The notes under the pieces are model-generated. The model was not told the origin of the DNA. It saw only the letters and a list, made by a program, of their open reading frames with translations, and searched no databases. Below are positions 26,001 to 38,432 of a DNA stretch of 49,268 nt, piece by piece. The stretch spans positions 310,001 through 359,268 of the forward strand of contig JAPETS010000031.1 in NCBI GenBank assembly GCA_026023565.1. The letters are read 5' to 3'. A program made the translations under genes and the position numbers. How positions within the stretch are numbered: the first letter of the stretch is position 1; every line of letters begins with the position of its first letter. Source of the DNA: Cirrosporium novae-zelandiae (lineage: Eukaryota).

Positions 26001-26469
26001 TTAACCTTTCTAGGCACAGGTACAACCGTCGCTGGTTCACCTCCGCAGCTCGTCCTGTCGAAAATCTTGGCTGCAACTTTTTTTACCTTGGCCCTCGCGG
26101 AAGATTAATTACATACCAGCCTCAAGAATCTTCATCGTATGATGAGTTCCGCTGTCATGGATATACATTCATACACAACTGAGAAAATGCCAAGGCATGG
26201 AGGATGATTCCTGTCCTGTGCATACCTGAGGCGGAGTTTCAATATGAAGATATTAAAAGGTGAAAGATGTCCATTTTCTGAAGCATCAGGTTCCTTTATT
26301 TATCTATTATCTATTATCTACTATTTCTATTTATCATCTCTACTACCATTTATTCTCTACTACACTCATTATACCATACGCTCATTATTGAAATTTACTT
26401 TTGAGTCTTCTTCTCTTGTCGCTTGCTCGTTATTAAACACCACTTTCAAATCACCTCTCGCTTTCAGAC

Positions 26470-27330
26470 ATGATCTTTACTACTGTCCTCCTAGGCCTCT
26501 CGGCCATTTCAGGGGTCTTTGCTTGCGCTCAGCATGAAAATCACCACTACCAAGGCAAATTATCCAAACGGTCAGATGCAGGAGAGAGGGATTGGGCGTA
26601 CCCTGAATCTTATAACTGGGCACTGGTTAACGAGGGTATGTATTTCTAATATCACTACATGTTTATCATACTGACCAGGCCCCTAGAGTACGGCTTGTGC
26701 CAGAACGGAACCATGCAGTCCCCTCTCCAACTGACCTCCTCCAAGAGACGTTCTGCCAACCACATCCCCACCTTCAATTACCCAACCTCCGTGTCGGGCA
26801 ACTTTTACAATTGGGGTTTCGGGCCCGCTTTCACCGTGACGTATCCAGAAGGCAACGTCACAGGAAATCCATCCCTTACTTTCGACAATGAAACCGTTTA
26901 CCTCAAGGGCTGGCACATACATTCGCCATCCGAGCATGTCGTCTCCGGCGAGCGAACCAGGGCCGAAATCCACTTTGTCCATGTCGATGAACATGAAGAA
27001 GAACGAGCAGTTGTGGCCATGCGCGTTAATCCAGGAACCGCAGACAGTGCTTTCTTTAGCCAACTACCTTCCATCATTGGTCATGACGATACGACACAAG
27101 TCGCTACCACAATCGATCTAACCTTGGCATTGGACGAAGTCCAACAACTCAACAAGCTCTGGACATATCAGGGAAGCCTAACCACCCCTCCATGCACTGA
27201 AGGGATCAGGTGGTTCGTAGGTCAAACCATTATGACCACAGGCGTGGAACAGATGCAAGAAATTTTGGCATCCGGCTCCTATTCTGCTAGAGTTCCCCAG
27301 ATGGCTTGGCAACACCAACTCAATGTTTAA
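26470..27330 (+). CDS. Secreted alpha-class carbonic anhydrase, 2 exons
   Basis: Signal peptide MIFTTVLLGLSAISGVFA and Kex2-like LSKR. Motifs CQNGTMQSPL, WHIHSPSEH and AEIHFVH (Zn ligands), YQGSLTTPPCTEGIRWFV. Intron at about 26636-26688. Confidence 0.93.
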
Positions 27331-27570
27331 AATCCTTTTTTGATTTGTATTTATGTTTTTTTAGTTAGGCTTGGATTGGTTTGGGTGATTTGGGTGGTTT
27401 TAGCTGCCTGTAGTAGTACTAGCTCTGCCTAAAAAATAGGCGTGTCAATATTTTCCTTGACGCAATTTGTTCATTATGCGAAAGGCGGTGCTGCTTAATA
27501 ACCATTGCTGTCGTTTTTTTCTATTCGAAGCATGAAGGACTCTGGAAGTTCCCCATATGAGAAAGCTGGA

Positions 27571-27590
27571 TATATATATATATATATATA
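27571..27590. repeat. (TA)10 microsatellite
   Basis: Direct reading of the sequence. Confidence 0.9.
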
Positions 27591-29492
27591 CATCTAGATT
27601 TTTGGTTATGAATTAATTTTTGTTCCTGTATTTGCACGTACTCTGTAATTGCCAACCAACATATAAAATTCGAAGAGCAAAACAACTGAAAGAGATCCAA
27701 GGTTTTAGTAGAAAGAGTAGAAAATGGGAGTCGGTTCCCTGATGGTTGATGGTTGATGGTTGCAGGTTGTTGATATATTTCCCAGGGGTAGGGATTTTTG
27801 GGGAAATATGAAGCTTGTTTAAAGCAAGCCTTGAAAACACACGCCTTGCCAACCTTGGGGTTTGGGATTTATGGTTTAGACTACCATGACCCTGGGATGG
27901 AATTACTGCGCATGCGCGGACAGCATGAACTTCATCTTTTTTTTTACTTTTTGGTGGTTCGGAGTTTGTAGGTCCGTTGAGGTCCCCTATTTTAAGGCTG
28001 CCATCGATGCTTGCGATGGATGCTTGTTAAAATTATCCTCGAGTAGCTAATTACAATAAGGAGGAAACCTCGTAATCGGGCAGGGTACTCGAGTAGATTT
28101 TTGTACATATGTACAAGTACATGTATAATCAGCCAGGTCTAGGGTAATTAATAGGTTGAGATGACCTTACGTGCCAACCCATGATTGGATTTAGAGTAAA
28201 GTAGACATCAAAAAAAAAAGAAAATTCTCTGACAGAACCCTGGCGTGCCTGATTGTACACTCTCTATTTGGTGGTGATTGGTTTGGTTTTATTAATTCCA
28301 GAGTAGTTTGATGGTTTTTTTTTTTGTGTTGTCAAATAAACTTCTTCGCAATCTTTGGCTGGATTTAATTGATTAAAGGGCTCCTAGGAACGTCAAGACA
28401 TGACATGGAATGGGGAAAGCTCATCACCACCACCACCACCCCCTCACTCAAAGGCTACTTGGAGCATCAGGGGTGTAAGAGCTAAGAACTAATCAAGGGT
28501 TCAGCAATTCCTACTCGAGTAGTTCTACTGTAGTTCAGCCTCCCCCATCCAGCAAAGGTCAACCAGATTAATTAATTCCAAAAGAATACAATAAGTGTAC
28601 AGGACTATGGTATGTCCAAAGGGATGATAATATAATTTAACAATTCCAAGCCACGTGTAAAAATCACCACGACAAAGCACAACCTTTTAATATCCTTAAT
28701 TGTATACTCGAGTAGTCTATCCCCTGCAACAACAACAACCTACATTTTATTTTGCTGCGCGTTCGAAACAATAAATATCATCCTTATTTTTTCTTTCCCT
28801 TTTTCCTTTTTCTCCTTCCAAGGGTCATTATATTTAGGCTAGGCTGTGTTTGCTATTTGAGGGAAGAAGTAATTACAAGTACTACAATTTTTTTTTTAAA
28901 AAACCCTTCCGTGGACCGTGGATTGCGTTGTTTGACGGGAACCGGATATCCAAAAGGGTCCGCGAATTATGTATTATGTATGTGTGTGCATAAATAGCTG
29001 CGAGTACTGTAAGAGGTAAACATAGGTGTAGTACTGTAGGTGCTTAGACAAAGACGCTTTGGAAATATTTGATCTTTTGCCCCTTTTGGGGATTTTTGAA
29101 ATTAATTTGGAAAATTTGTTGGAGTGGTGATTAAGAGTGAAGAAGGGAAGAGGTTGGATGCGGATGCGGGGGATAAGTGTGAAGACTAAGGCTACTTACT
29201 GTAGCTAGAGAGTATAGTAATTTGTTAATTCGTTACGGTACCATTACGGTAATTATTATCCTCCTATCCTTGGCCTAACCCTGAATGTTTGAAGCGATTC
29301 TACTACTCAGTACCTGTCCTTGTAGTTAATTAGTGTACGGTTTGGCTCCTAATATCAAAAACGGCAATAGCAGGGAAAAGTAAAGCTCCTATCCCGTTCA
29401 TCAAGAATACGACTCTTTGTCTCGATGCTAAACTTCCAGAATTTTGAATCGTACGAACACCTCCATTTCCATCACAGCCAAGAGTGCCAGGC

Positions 29493-30927
29493 TTATGCGT
29501 CCTTGTGGTCCAAAACGCGCTGTGTCATATCTACGCTCAATCCCAGGTAGTTTACCGGATCACAAAGCCGGTCCAACTCCTCCTTGCCCAGCTTGACCTC
29601 GTCACAGTCGTTCAACAATTCTACCAGAGGCTTCTCTTTTTCCGTTGCCTTTCGACAAAGATCATACACCAGGTCATGCGTATACTGTCTTCCCATTGTC
29701 TTTCCCAGCTCCATCATGACTGCCTCGCTCACGATTGCGCCTCTACTAATCGCTAGATTCTTCTGCATGGCCTCTGGATGCACCTCTAGCCCACCCGTCA
29801 GATTTACAGTGTGCTCCAATACTGCATGTGTCAGTGTGCAGATCTGAGGCAGCACAATCCACTCAATCTCCCATGGTCCCGTACTCCGTTCGTGATCTTC
29901 CACCATCGCCTCAAAGAGACATGCGCTTAATTGTCGCACCGTGGCATTGGCTGCCGTGATGTAAGCGCAAGCGATTGGGTTGCGCTTCTGTGGCATCGTG
30001 CTGGAAGAGCCACGGTGCGGTTTGTAAGGTTCAGATACTTCCCCGACTTCGGTCTGCATCATCAATTTGACATCCAATGCGAATTTGGCGCAGGTGCTGG
30101 TGAGGAGTGCGAAGAAGGACCCGACCTCCGCAATACGATCACGTTCTGTGTGCCATGCAATCTCTGGAACGGAGAGTTTAAGCTCCGCTGCGAGTAGGTA
30201 TTGACATTGAAGAGCGAGAGATGGATCCAGTGTGGCAAGTGTGCCGGCTGCACCACCAAACTCGACCACCAATAAACGAGAGCGAAGTTCAGAGAGGCGT
30301 GACTGATGCCGATGAAAAGTTGACAGAAGCCGGGCAAGCTTAAAGCCGAATGTAATGGGAACAGCTTGCTGAAGGTTTGATCGTGCTGCAATTGGCGTAG
30401 TTTTATAAACAGCACAGAGAGTACGGAGAGATGCAACAATAGAATGAATAGATTTTTCTACGAGATTGAGGGTGTCTCGCAGTTGGAGTATGGTGGCTGT
30501 ATCGGTGATATCCTGCGTTGTTGCTCCCCAATGAGTCCATTCCCCCAGACCAGACTCGACAGAATTCACTTTTTTTACAATTTGCTTCACCACAGGCAAC
30601 ACAGGATATCCGATAAGTTCAGTTTGCGATCGAAGTTCATCCCAATCGATTTTTTCGATGTCACAATTTTTGGTAATTTCGTCAGCTGCTCGACGGGGAA
30701 TCTAAATGCATGCTTGCCTTGTTAAATGTGTTTCTTGGGTCTATTTATTTATTTATTGTAGACGGACTAATTACTGTACTTACAATTCCAAGGTGAGCTT
30801 GAACTTTGGCTAGGGCGGCTTCGAAGTCCAGATAGTATTTGGTTCTAGTAGTGTCGGACCAGATGGCGGCGCTCTCTGGTGTTGAAAGGATATTTCCGAA
30901 GATAATGGAATCGGATACGGCGGTCAT
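29493..30927 (-). CDS. Fumarase/aspartase-superfamily lyase, PcaB (3-carboxy-cis,cis-muconate cycloisomerase)/adenylosuccinate-lyase-like, 2 exons (intron 30702-30783)
   Basis: FEAALAKVQAHLGI|IP, HWGATTQDITDTA, RSNLQQAVPITFG, FGGAAGTLA, WHTERD, signature GSSSTMPQKRNP, DHERSTGPWEIEW. Confidence 0.9.
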
Positions 30928-33248
30928 GATTGAGTACCTACCTAGAGATATACTTTGGAAGATGGCTGTGATGTATGTGATATTTGGTTAGGAAAATATA
31001 TATCCGGTGAATATCGGTAATGACTAAAGCCAGCTCCGCCGAGATATCAACCATCAACTACCTAGGTACTTACTTGGGTACATATTTATGATCTATATGT
31101 AGATTATAATTTGACATATTTTAATCTTGACGTCTAATGTTAATATCACTGTCGTCATATGTTGCCTTTTTGACCTTTTTGATTATTTTGATCAGGCTAC
31201 ATTTCTTCCCTCTTCTTTTGTCCTTTTAACAACTTGGATTACCTATCCTCTTAGTCTCATCGAATTAAGGTTCATTCCTATGACTACGAACAAACCCAGC
31301 TTTCTACAGGATTCTTCGGCTATAGGGCTAGTAGTGGAGAAGATTGACTATATCAAAGATGATTTGGATACTTTGACAAGGAGGGGAAATGACCATACCG
31401 CTAGCAGCCGTATTGGGGGCGATCTTACAGTTTATTATAACTTGGGGATGTATATCAGCCTGGTTGTCTAACGGCATCGATAAAAAGCCATCCTCTATAA
31501 CCCATCAAGGTGTCTTGATCCATGCGGAGGTTAAAACCAACAGTATCATTCTTCGTGCCTGGACCGACGCATATTGAAAAGTACGGAATTTTACTCGAAT
31601 ACAGGACTTCCCCTTGGTGGTTTAGTGACACGCTAGGATCACGATAAAATGGATGAGCTTGGTGGTGTGTCGTGCTCTACTGTTTAATGCGATTAGACCG
31701 AATTAAAGGGAGTTGGGAAATATACCTAGGTAGACGTTTGAAGTGAAGGGAATCTGTTCTGGGGTCATTATTAAATAGAAAGAATAAACATAGATCTATC
31801 TTTTATCTCGAGAGCCGTTCACCAAAGGTAGATGCAGCGTCTAGAGAATCTTGGTGTTTGGGACACTCTCCTCGTAGAACTATATATCATTGACCTTTAT
31901 GCTAGCCAAGCTATCTATAGCCTCTGATATTATGTATAATAAGCTATAATAAGATTTAGCCCCTCGGAGAGAGCAATGTTTGGATGCTAGTCCCGTCTAA
32001 CTAGTTTTTTGAGGGTCTGATCCAGTCGACAGTCGGCCATCAAAGTTACCTTGATCACGTTAGTTACTCTATATCTTGCGATTTGCAGCATGTTACTAGT
32101 CGAGGTTGGTCTTGTTGAACTCTTAAGACATCATCCGCATGGTTATATGGAATGCCATGATTGCCCATCGCCTTGGAGATAGGCCCGTAGACGTGTTTCA
32201 AACGATTAGGATATATCTATACCAAAATACTTGTGGGCCTTTGCTAGGTTGGAGATGAGATGAGAAACATGATGGAGGTGGGTAACCCACTGGAATAGGC
32301 TGCTGATTTAGATGGACAATAAATGCTTAGAGAAGTTTAAGGAGAAAGACCTGAGTAGAACTGGGGCAAGCCATCCCATTTTACCGTGTCAACTATGGGT
32401 CTGGATATTTCCATCCACGACAATTGTGTACCCGACTTGGTAAGATCGGTGGGCGTTTCATGAGCCCTCATTCAAAGGAGCCCTGGCTAGGAATTCGGGG
32501 TGCTTCTTATGAGAGTGATGTTCAAGAACAGAGATTACACATCCCAAGTGGAAACGAGGGAAAGGTTCAAGAGTAAACGATAGATTCTAGGACATTGTGT
32601 TTGTTTTCCCTTTTGATTATAATATAGGTCAAATAAAGGAAGCATAACAAGCGGTTGATAAGAGCAAGATAGATTCAATGGCGGTATATGATGCGGTTTC
32701 ATAGAGGTTGACGCGTAGTAGATCGATCAGTGGAACGAAAAGGATCGGGAATTCGAGGTTACGCAACTGAGACAAAGAAATATTAATAAGAAGTCACTAT
32801 AAATTTCTAATATAGGAAAGATATACCTTGCTGTTGCGTGCATTTTAATCAAAAGATGGGTTAATTGAGTGTTGAAGTTGTGCTAACGTGACTCGGCGTG
32901 ACTCTGCCGTGACTCGGGAGTCGCGACAGTAAAGTGCCAAACCTCTCCGTCTCTTCTCCACTCCTCACCTCCCCCACTCCACAACCGCCAAGAAGTCATC
33001 CCACAGAAAATAGGACTGAGAAGTAGAACTAACATCAATAGTGAATCATGGGGAAACAATTGGGATGCCCATTTTCTTGGTACCTGCCTCTTATCGCGGG
33101 TCTACCCCTATCGACTAAGAAACGGATATATACGACACGATAAGCACAGAGTCGGCCATCTAACAATCCCTACTACATTAACTTGCTTAAGTTCTGAGCC
33201 ATCTTCCTAATCTGTTGATAGACAACAATACTTGGCCGAATTTTCAAT

Positions 33249-34358
33249 ATGAGCACTGAAACTCTTTCTCAGCCGACGGAGGCTGAATACAGTCTGCTTC
33301 GGCTAACCTCAGCAGATGGACCAGTCTACCGATCAGTCAAACGAGTTCCCCTGCGAGATGCTCGACCCGATGAAGTTCCATTGATCGATGTCTCTGGTAT
33401 GTTTAGCAACAGCCTAGTCGAGAGGCAGGCTGTTGCTACTCAGATCCATGCCGCTGCTACAACCAGCGGCTTCTTCTATGTCAAAAACCATGGTGTTCCA
33501 AGCTCCCTTATTGAAGCCGCCCATCGATCCTCTTTAGAATTCTTCCGCCAGCCTGACGAGATAAAACAGAAGGTCAATTCCAGTCACTCGCAATGGTTTA
33601 ATGGATGGAAGCCTCCCCAAACACAACGCATCAATAATGCCGAGTCAATTGATGTCCGCGAGACCTTTAGCACCAGATACAACCCCGTCGAAGATCCTGC
33701 CGTCACTGATGTCGATGCCATTCCTGAGGATATTAAACGCTTTTTTCGCTATGAAGAATTTTGCTGGGAGAAGACCTCGAATCTTCCCCACTTTAAAGAG
33801 GATATTGTGAATTACTGGCGCGCTTGTCTCATGTTCGCCAGAAGTTTGTTGCATACGTTCGCTCTTGCGTTGTCTCTTCCAGAGGACTACTTTGATCAGA
33901 AAACAACTCACCCAGATGCATCGATCGCACTAAATTACTATCCTTCAATGACCAAAACCCCTACAATAACTGCAGAAGAACAGGTCAGCATCGGCTCGCA
34001 TACCGATTTTCAGTTTTTCACTATATTGTGGCAAGACCAGAGTGGTGGATTACAAGTACTAAATCACGGTGGAGAGTGGATCAACGCATCCCCAATTAAG
34101 GATACCTTTGTGGTTAATATTGGCGATTACTTGATGCGCATCACCAACGATCGGTACATTAGTACTGTGCACCGCGCAAAGAATTACAGTGGAAAAGAGA
34201 GAATTTCGATGCCATTCTTTTTTGGATTCAATCTCAACGAGACTTGTGGTGTGCTTCCGAGCTGTGTTGACGATAAGCATCCAGCCAAGTACGAACCCAT
34301 ATCATGTGAAGAATGGGTTCGTCGTCGATTTCAGGCAACCAAGGTAGATAGCAAGTGA
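33249..34358 (+). CDS. 2-oxoglutarate/Fe(II) dioxygenase, isopenicillin-N-synthase-like (DIOX_N + 2OG-FeII_Oxy), intronless
   Basis: VPLIDVS, GFFYVKNHGV, LNYYP, IGSHTDF (HxD), GGLQV, FVVNIGD, STVHR, RISMPFF. Confidence 0.94.
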   Translation: MSTETLSQPTEAEYSLLRLTSADGPVYRSVKRVPLRDARPDEVPLIDVSGMFSNSLVERQAVATQIHAAATTSGFFYVKNHGVPSSLIEAAHRSSLEFFRQPDEIKQKVNSSHSQWFNGWKPPQTQRINNAESIDVRETFSTRYNPVEDPAVTDVDAIPEDIKRFFRYEEFCWEKTSNLPHFKEDIVNYWRACLMFARSLLHTFALALSLPEDYFDQKTTHPDASIALNYYPSMTKTPTITAEEQVSIGSHTDFQFFTILWQDQSGGLQVLNHGGEWINASPIKDTFVVNIGDYLMRITNDRYISTVHRAKNYSGKERISMPFFFGFNLNETCGVLPSCVDDKHPAKYEPISCEEWVRRRFQATKVDSK

Positions 34359-34585
34359 GGGTATTAAACTATTTACTCGCGACTACTTTCAGCTGCATTC
34401 ATTTTTCGCACTTACTTTTCGCATTCAGATCTAACTTTTCTATTAAATCATACCGCATTTCTTGTTGGATTTGAACACACCCGGAGTAGGGTTAGAAAGG
34501 CTTTAGATTGGTGTAGCTCGTTGCTTCACCGGCCGAGGTTGGTCAAACTTATACATTGGCTACCTGGGTAACCACTTGTAAAGAT

Positions 34586-36358
34586 CTAGCCATGTCGCTC
34601 TGATATAACAATTTCAGTTGGATCTCCTTTCGATCCTTCTTTGTTGTTGCTTGACACATCAACATCCACACCCTCGATATCCTCAACATTCCTAGCTTTC
34701 TTTCTCACAGCCATCAGCTCGAAGTAACGAACGACGAATACCCAAATGCACATTCCAGCGACAAACCCCAGACTTGCCGGAAACCCTTTTCGATATTTCG
34801 GTGCATCTGTTACCGGATAAAGAAATTGCTGAATAACTGTTGTAAGCGCACTACCGCAGGAGTTCATTGCAGCAATAGTCAGCGCTCTGACTTGGGAGTC
34901 GTTTGAGCAGAGAATATTCGCCCATGTCATGTAGATGGGACTAAGTGGGCCGTCAAGACTGGCGAAGAGGTATGATACTATTCGGAGGCCTAGCGGAACA
35001 TTCCAGATCACCAGACAAATGGTTCCAAAGAGTAAAATCGCCTAAAGCAATATTTCAATTGAGTAAGCATCGCTTCATACTGTACCAAATATTAACCACG
35101 CAGAACTCGGAAGCAACCAACTTACCAAATTCAACATTACCACCACCATACGCCGACCAGTTGCATCGACGTACACGTTCGCCATAAGAATCATCACAAT
35201 ATTCCACCCGTTGATTGCCGTTGGAATATTGTTGACCTGATAGATTGACCATGAATGCTTCGTATCATACTTGAGCCACAATTGCATCTAACAAGTTAGT
35301 CACCACAAAGCCAAAGTTATGAATGTATCAACCTACAACCGTGTTTCCAACTTTGCCAACGGTGGTATTCCAAAACCTATTACATCGTTAACAGACTGCA
35401 AAATAGTCAATTGGTAGGTACCTAGGTATTTGACATGCATCCAGAGAATGGTGAGGATATAAAATTGCCATGACTTGACCATACGAGAGAAGATTGACCA
35501 GGAGAACTCCCCTCGAGGTTCTCTCCCTTCTTCCGCCAATCTCTCTACGGACCTCCTTTTGTCCTCTTCGGTGAAATAAAACGCAGTAGTCTTGTCCGGG
35601 GTATCTGGAAAGAAGAAGATTCCATAGATTGCGACGATGACTGTCATGGCTCCATCTATGATGAATACCCAACGCCAGGCCGCAATTCCGTGTCTGCCGT
35701 TAAGTCCAGAAAGAACAGCGCTCTGAAGATAGCCACTGATCATTGTCCCAACATAGGCGCTGCAAGAGAATATAGCTGTGCGTTTGCCCAATTCTGTTCG
35801 TTTGTACCATGATCCTAAAACGTACTGAAGGCCAACAAATGAGGATCCTTCAAGGAACCCGACGAAGAAGCGGAGAGGATATAACTTGGTCGATTAGCAA
35901 CTCGTTTCAATGAGATATAATCTATCATAAGAGTGGAATTGGAATGAGCGACAAGGACGTACCTGATTGTAGGAGGTGACCTTGTATGTGGAAATTGTCA
36001 AGATGGCCCAAATGAATTCCAATCCAGGGAGAAGATACCTAGGAGGAACCCAGGTGAGAAGCAAGTTGGAAGGAATACCACCTAAAATGGTCCCGACCTG
36101 GAAGCAGGTGGTTGCAAGATTGTATTCTGTTCCATACATGGCGAGATCCTCCTTCATCCCACTGACGTAGGCATTGCTGAGGTTGGCCTGGTCAAGCCAT
36201 TTGGTGAAATAGGCCAAACATCCATAAGTCAGAATAAAGAAGTCAATCTTGAACAGAAGCTTCTTTTCTTTCTTCGTTGTTCCCTCGGGGTACCAGATGA
36301 AGAACTTTGGTTTATCCTTTCCATACGAAGACGCAAACAAGGTCTTCACGGCATCCAT
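34586..36358 (-). CDS. MFS anion:cation symporter, Liz1/Fen2/Seo1 (pantothenate/allantoate-permease family)-like, multi-exon
   Basis: KLLFKIDFFILTYGCLAYFTKWLDQANLSNAYVSGMKEDL, LRFFVGFLEGSSFVGLQYVLGSWYKRTELGKRTAIF, GIAAWRWVFIIDG, FFPDTP, YPVTDAPKYRKG. Confidence 0.92.
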
Positions 36359-36801
36359 CTCTTAATCTTACTCTTTACTCTTTCCCTTGATTTAGAGGTC
36401 ACTTGTTTCTTAGGAAGAGAAGTGAACGGATGGGGAGAGCTAAGAGGGAAGGATTGCCATCTATAGAACCCCAGGAACTCTCATAATAATAGCTTAATCT
36501 GTAATCTGCTTGGCTTTTTTAGCCATTTATTTTAGCTATCTCCTAGCCATCTTTTTCAGTTATCTTCTTCGGTTCCCCATCTTTGTCTTGAAATATCTCG
36601 GAAAAGACCGTTATCGGCCTATCCCAACCCGGGTATCGGTGCCAAGACAAAGTCTACGGGTACTCGAATATCTTTTCTCAGCTACCAAGGTACTTTCTAT
36701 CTTGCACACAAAGTACATGGTCGTTGTTATAATTATGTAATGTCTTCAACAACCACAGTATTTCTTTTATTTAGCCGATGAAAGCGAGGACTTGCGTACG
36801 T

Positions 36802-36949
36802 CTTATCATTTAACAGAGCACTATCGCTTCCCTGTTTGGAACCGTACATTTATACACTAACCTAGCTTGAGACTGAAGCTAACATCTTATCGCACCGATA
36901 AAAGCATCGTCATGCTGGAATGGTCTTTAATTTCACCTATGGATTATCT
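36802..36949. promoter_or_regulatory. GATA-site cluster in the divergent promoter shared by the MFS transporter and dioxygenase 2
   Basis: CTTATC at 36802, CTTATCG at 36886, CGATAAA at 36896 and TTATCT at about 36944. Confidence 0.5.
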
Positions 36950-36982
36950 CTTCACGTCATATATCTGATAGAATTCAAGACA

Positions 36983-38432
36983 ATGGCTAATGCAATTACC
37001 GTCACCGATGTGAAATCCAGTTTGGCTGACGAGGTAAGATTGAATCCGACCACAGGTTTTGTGCATTTTCATAACATAACATGACATAATTTGTTCTCGT
37101 TGGAAGAAATCTGGAAGAAATGGCTATAATTGCTTACACAAGTTGCATGGTGACCTAAAGCTAATTGAAATAAAAGGATAGTCAATACGTCTACTTTCAC
37201 TCGGGGTCAGAACCTACATACCGCAAGGTTTCCAAGAAAGAGACACCATCATTTACAACGATCCCCACGATCAACATTGCCAACATTGATAGCCCATCGT
37301 TGGAAGTACGAAAAGAGATCGCAAAGGAGATCTATGATGCCTGTAGCACATGCGGATTCTTCTATTTGAAGAATCATCAGCTCCCAGAGAACCTGTTGAA
37401 GGACACATTTGATGTCCTTAAGAGGTTCTTTGCACTTGATCATGAAATTAAGATGGATGCCCATGTTCAGAAGAATCCCGCTATTAGAGGATATGAACCG
37501 ATGTTTGAGACGAGATTGGATCCAAGAACTCAAGGAGGTATGAACCATTGACTCTGTCAACTCTTTGCCAATGAAAGTGTATTGAGCCCACAAGGACCTA
37601 GCTAAAGATGCATCTCAGACCTGAAGGAGGCTTTCACGATGGGCGACTGTGTAATCGAGCCGGAGCAAAACTACGTTGAGAAAGTAGGCTCGGCACCCCG
37701 TGCGCATATCACGAAACCTCAAAATATCTGGCCATCAGAAGCCCCGTGGTTTCGCGAAGGACTGTACAACTACTATCGTGAAGTACTGCCGCTTGCTATG
37801 AAGCTGGTTCGTATCTTTGCTCTGGCATTTGACTTGGATGAAACATCATTCGATGAGTACTTTAAGTTTCCTATTACGGGAATGAGAGCTCTGCACTATC
37901 CTCCTGTGCCACCGGAAAGTGACAAGAATACAGTTGGTTTGGGGGCGCACGCCGATTTTTCATGTCAGTTTCCTCGGCTTTTTATCTTTGCCAATTTAAC
38001 AGCAATCCACCACTGACTAGTAATACAGGGCTCACCTTGGTTCTACAAGATGATGTACCGGCACTAGAGGTACTTAACAAGGATGGAATCTGGGTAGATG
38101 CAAACCCACAGCCCAATACATTCGTATGTAATGTTGGACAGTATCTAGAACGCCAGACCAATGGCAAGTTTGTGGCGACAGTGCATCGCGTGAGAAACAA
38201 GACAGGCCAGCGGCGATACTCATTACCATTTTTCTTGACAATGGATCCGGATGTCGATCTGAATGTGCTTGATTGTTGTATCGAAGATGGGGAAACACCT
38301 AAATATGAACCTATCAATGTTGGAGAGCTTTATATTCGGAGAGTTCTGCCTGCTCGAAGAAAGCATCCGACAAGTATCAAGTATCGGGATGTTCCCCAGA
38401 CAGAGTGGAAGTATGACTTTTTATTGAATTAG
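36983..38432 (+). CDS. 2-oxoglutarate/Fe(II) dioxygenase, IPNS-like, 4 exons
   Basis: IPTINIA, CGFFYLKNH, RGYEP, DLKEAF, MRALHYPP, GLGAHADF (HxD), ALEVLN, FVCNVG, ATVHRV, RYSLPFF. ATG at 36983, stop at 38430-38432. Confidence 0.93.

Noticed and set aside
23100..26400. Gene(s) in the long PhyH-carbonic anhydrase interval
   Set aside because: Only short ORFs without recognisable motifs. An intron-like signal near 24305-24400 does not yield an open, meaningful product by eye.
21919..38432. Secondary-metabolite biosynthetic gene cluster
   Set aside because: Tailoring-type enzymes are present, but there is no PKS, NRPS, terpene synthase, DMATS or repetitive RiPP precursor in the window.
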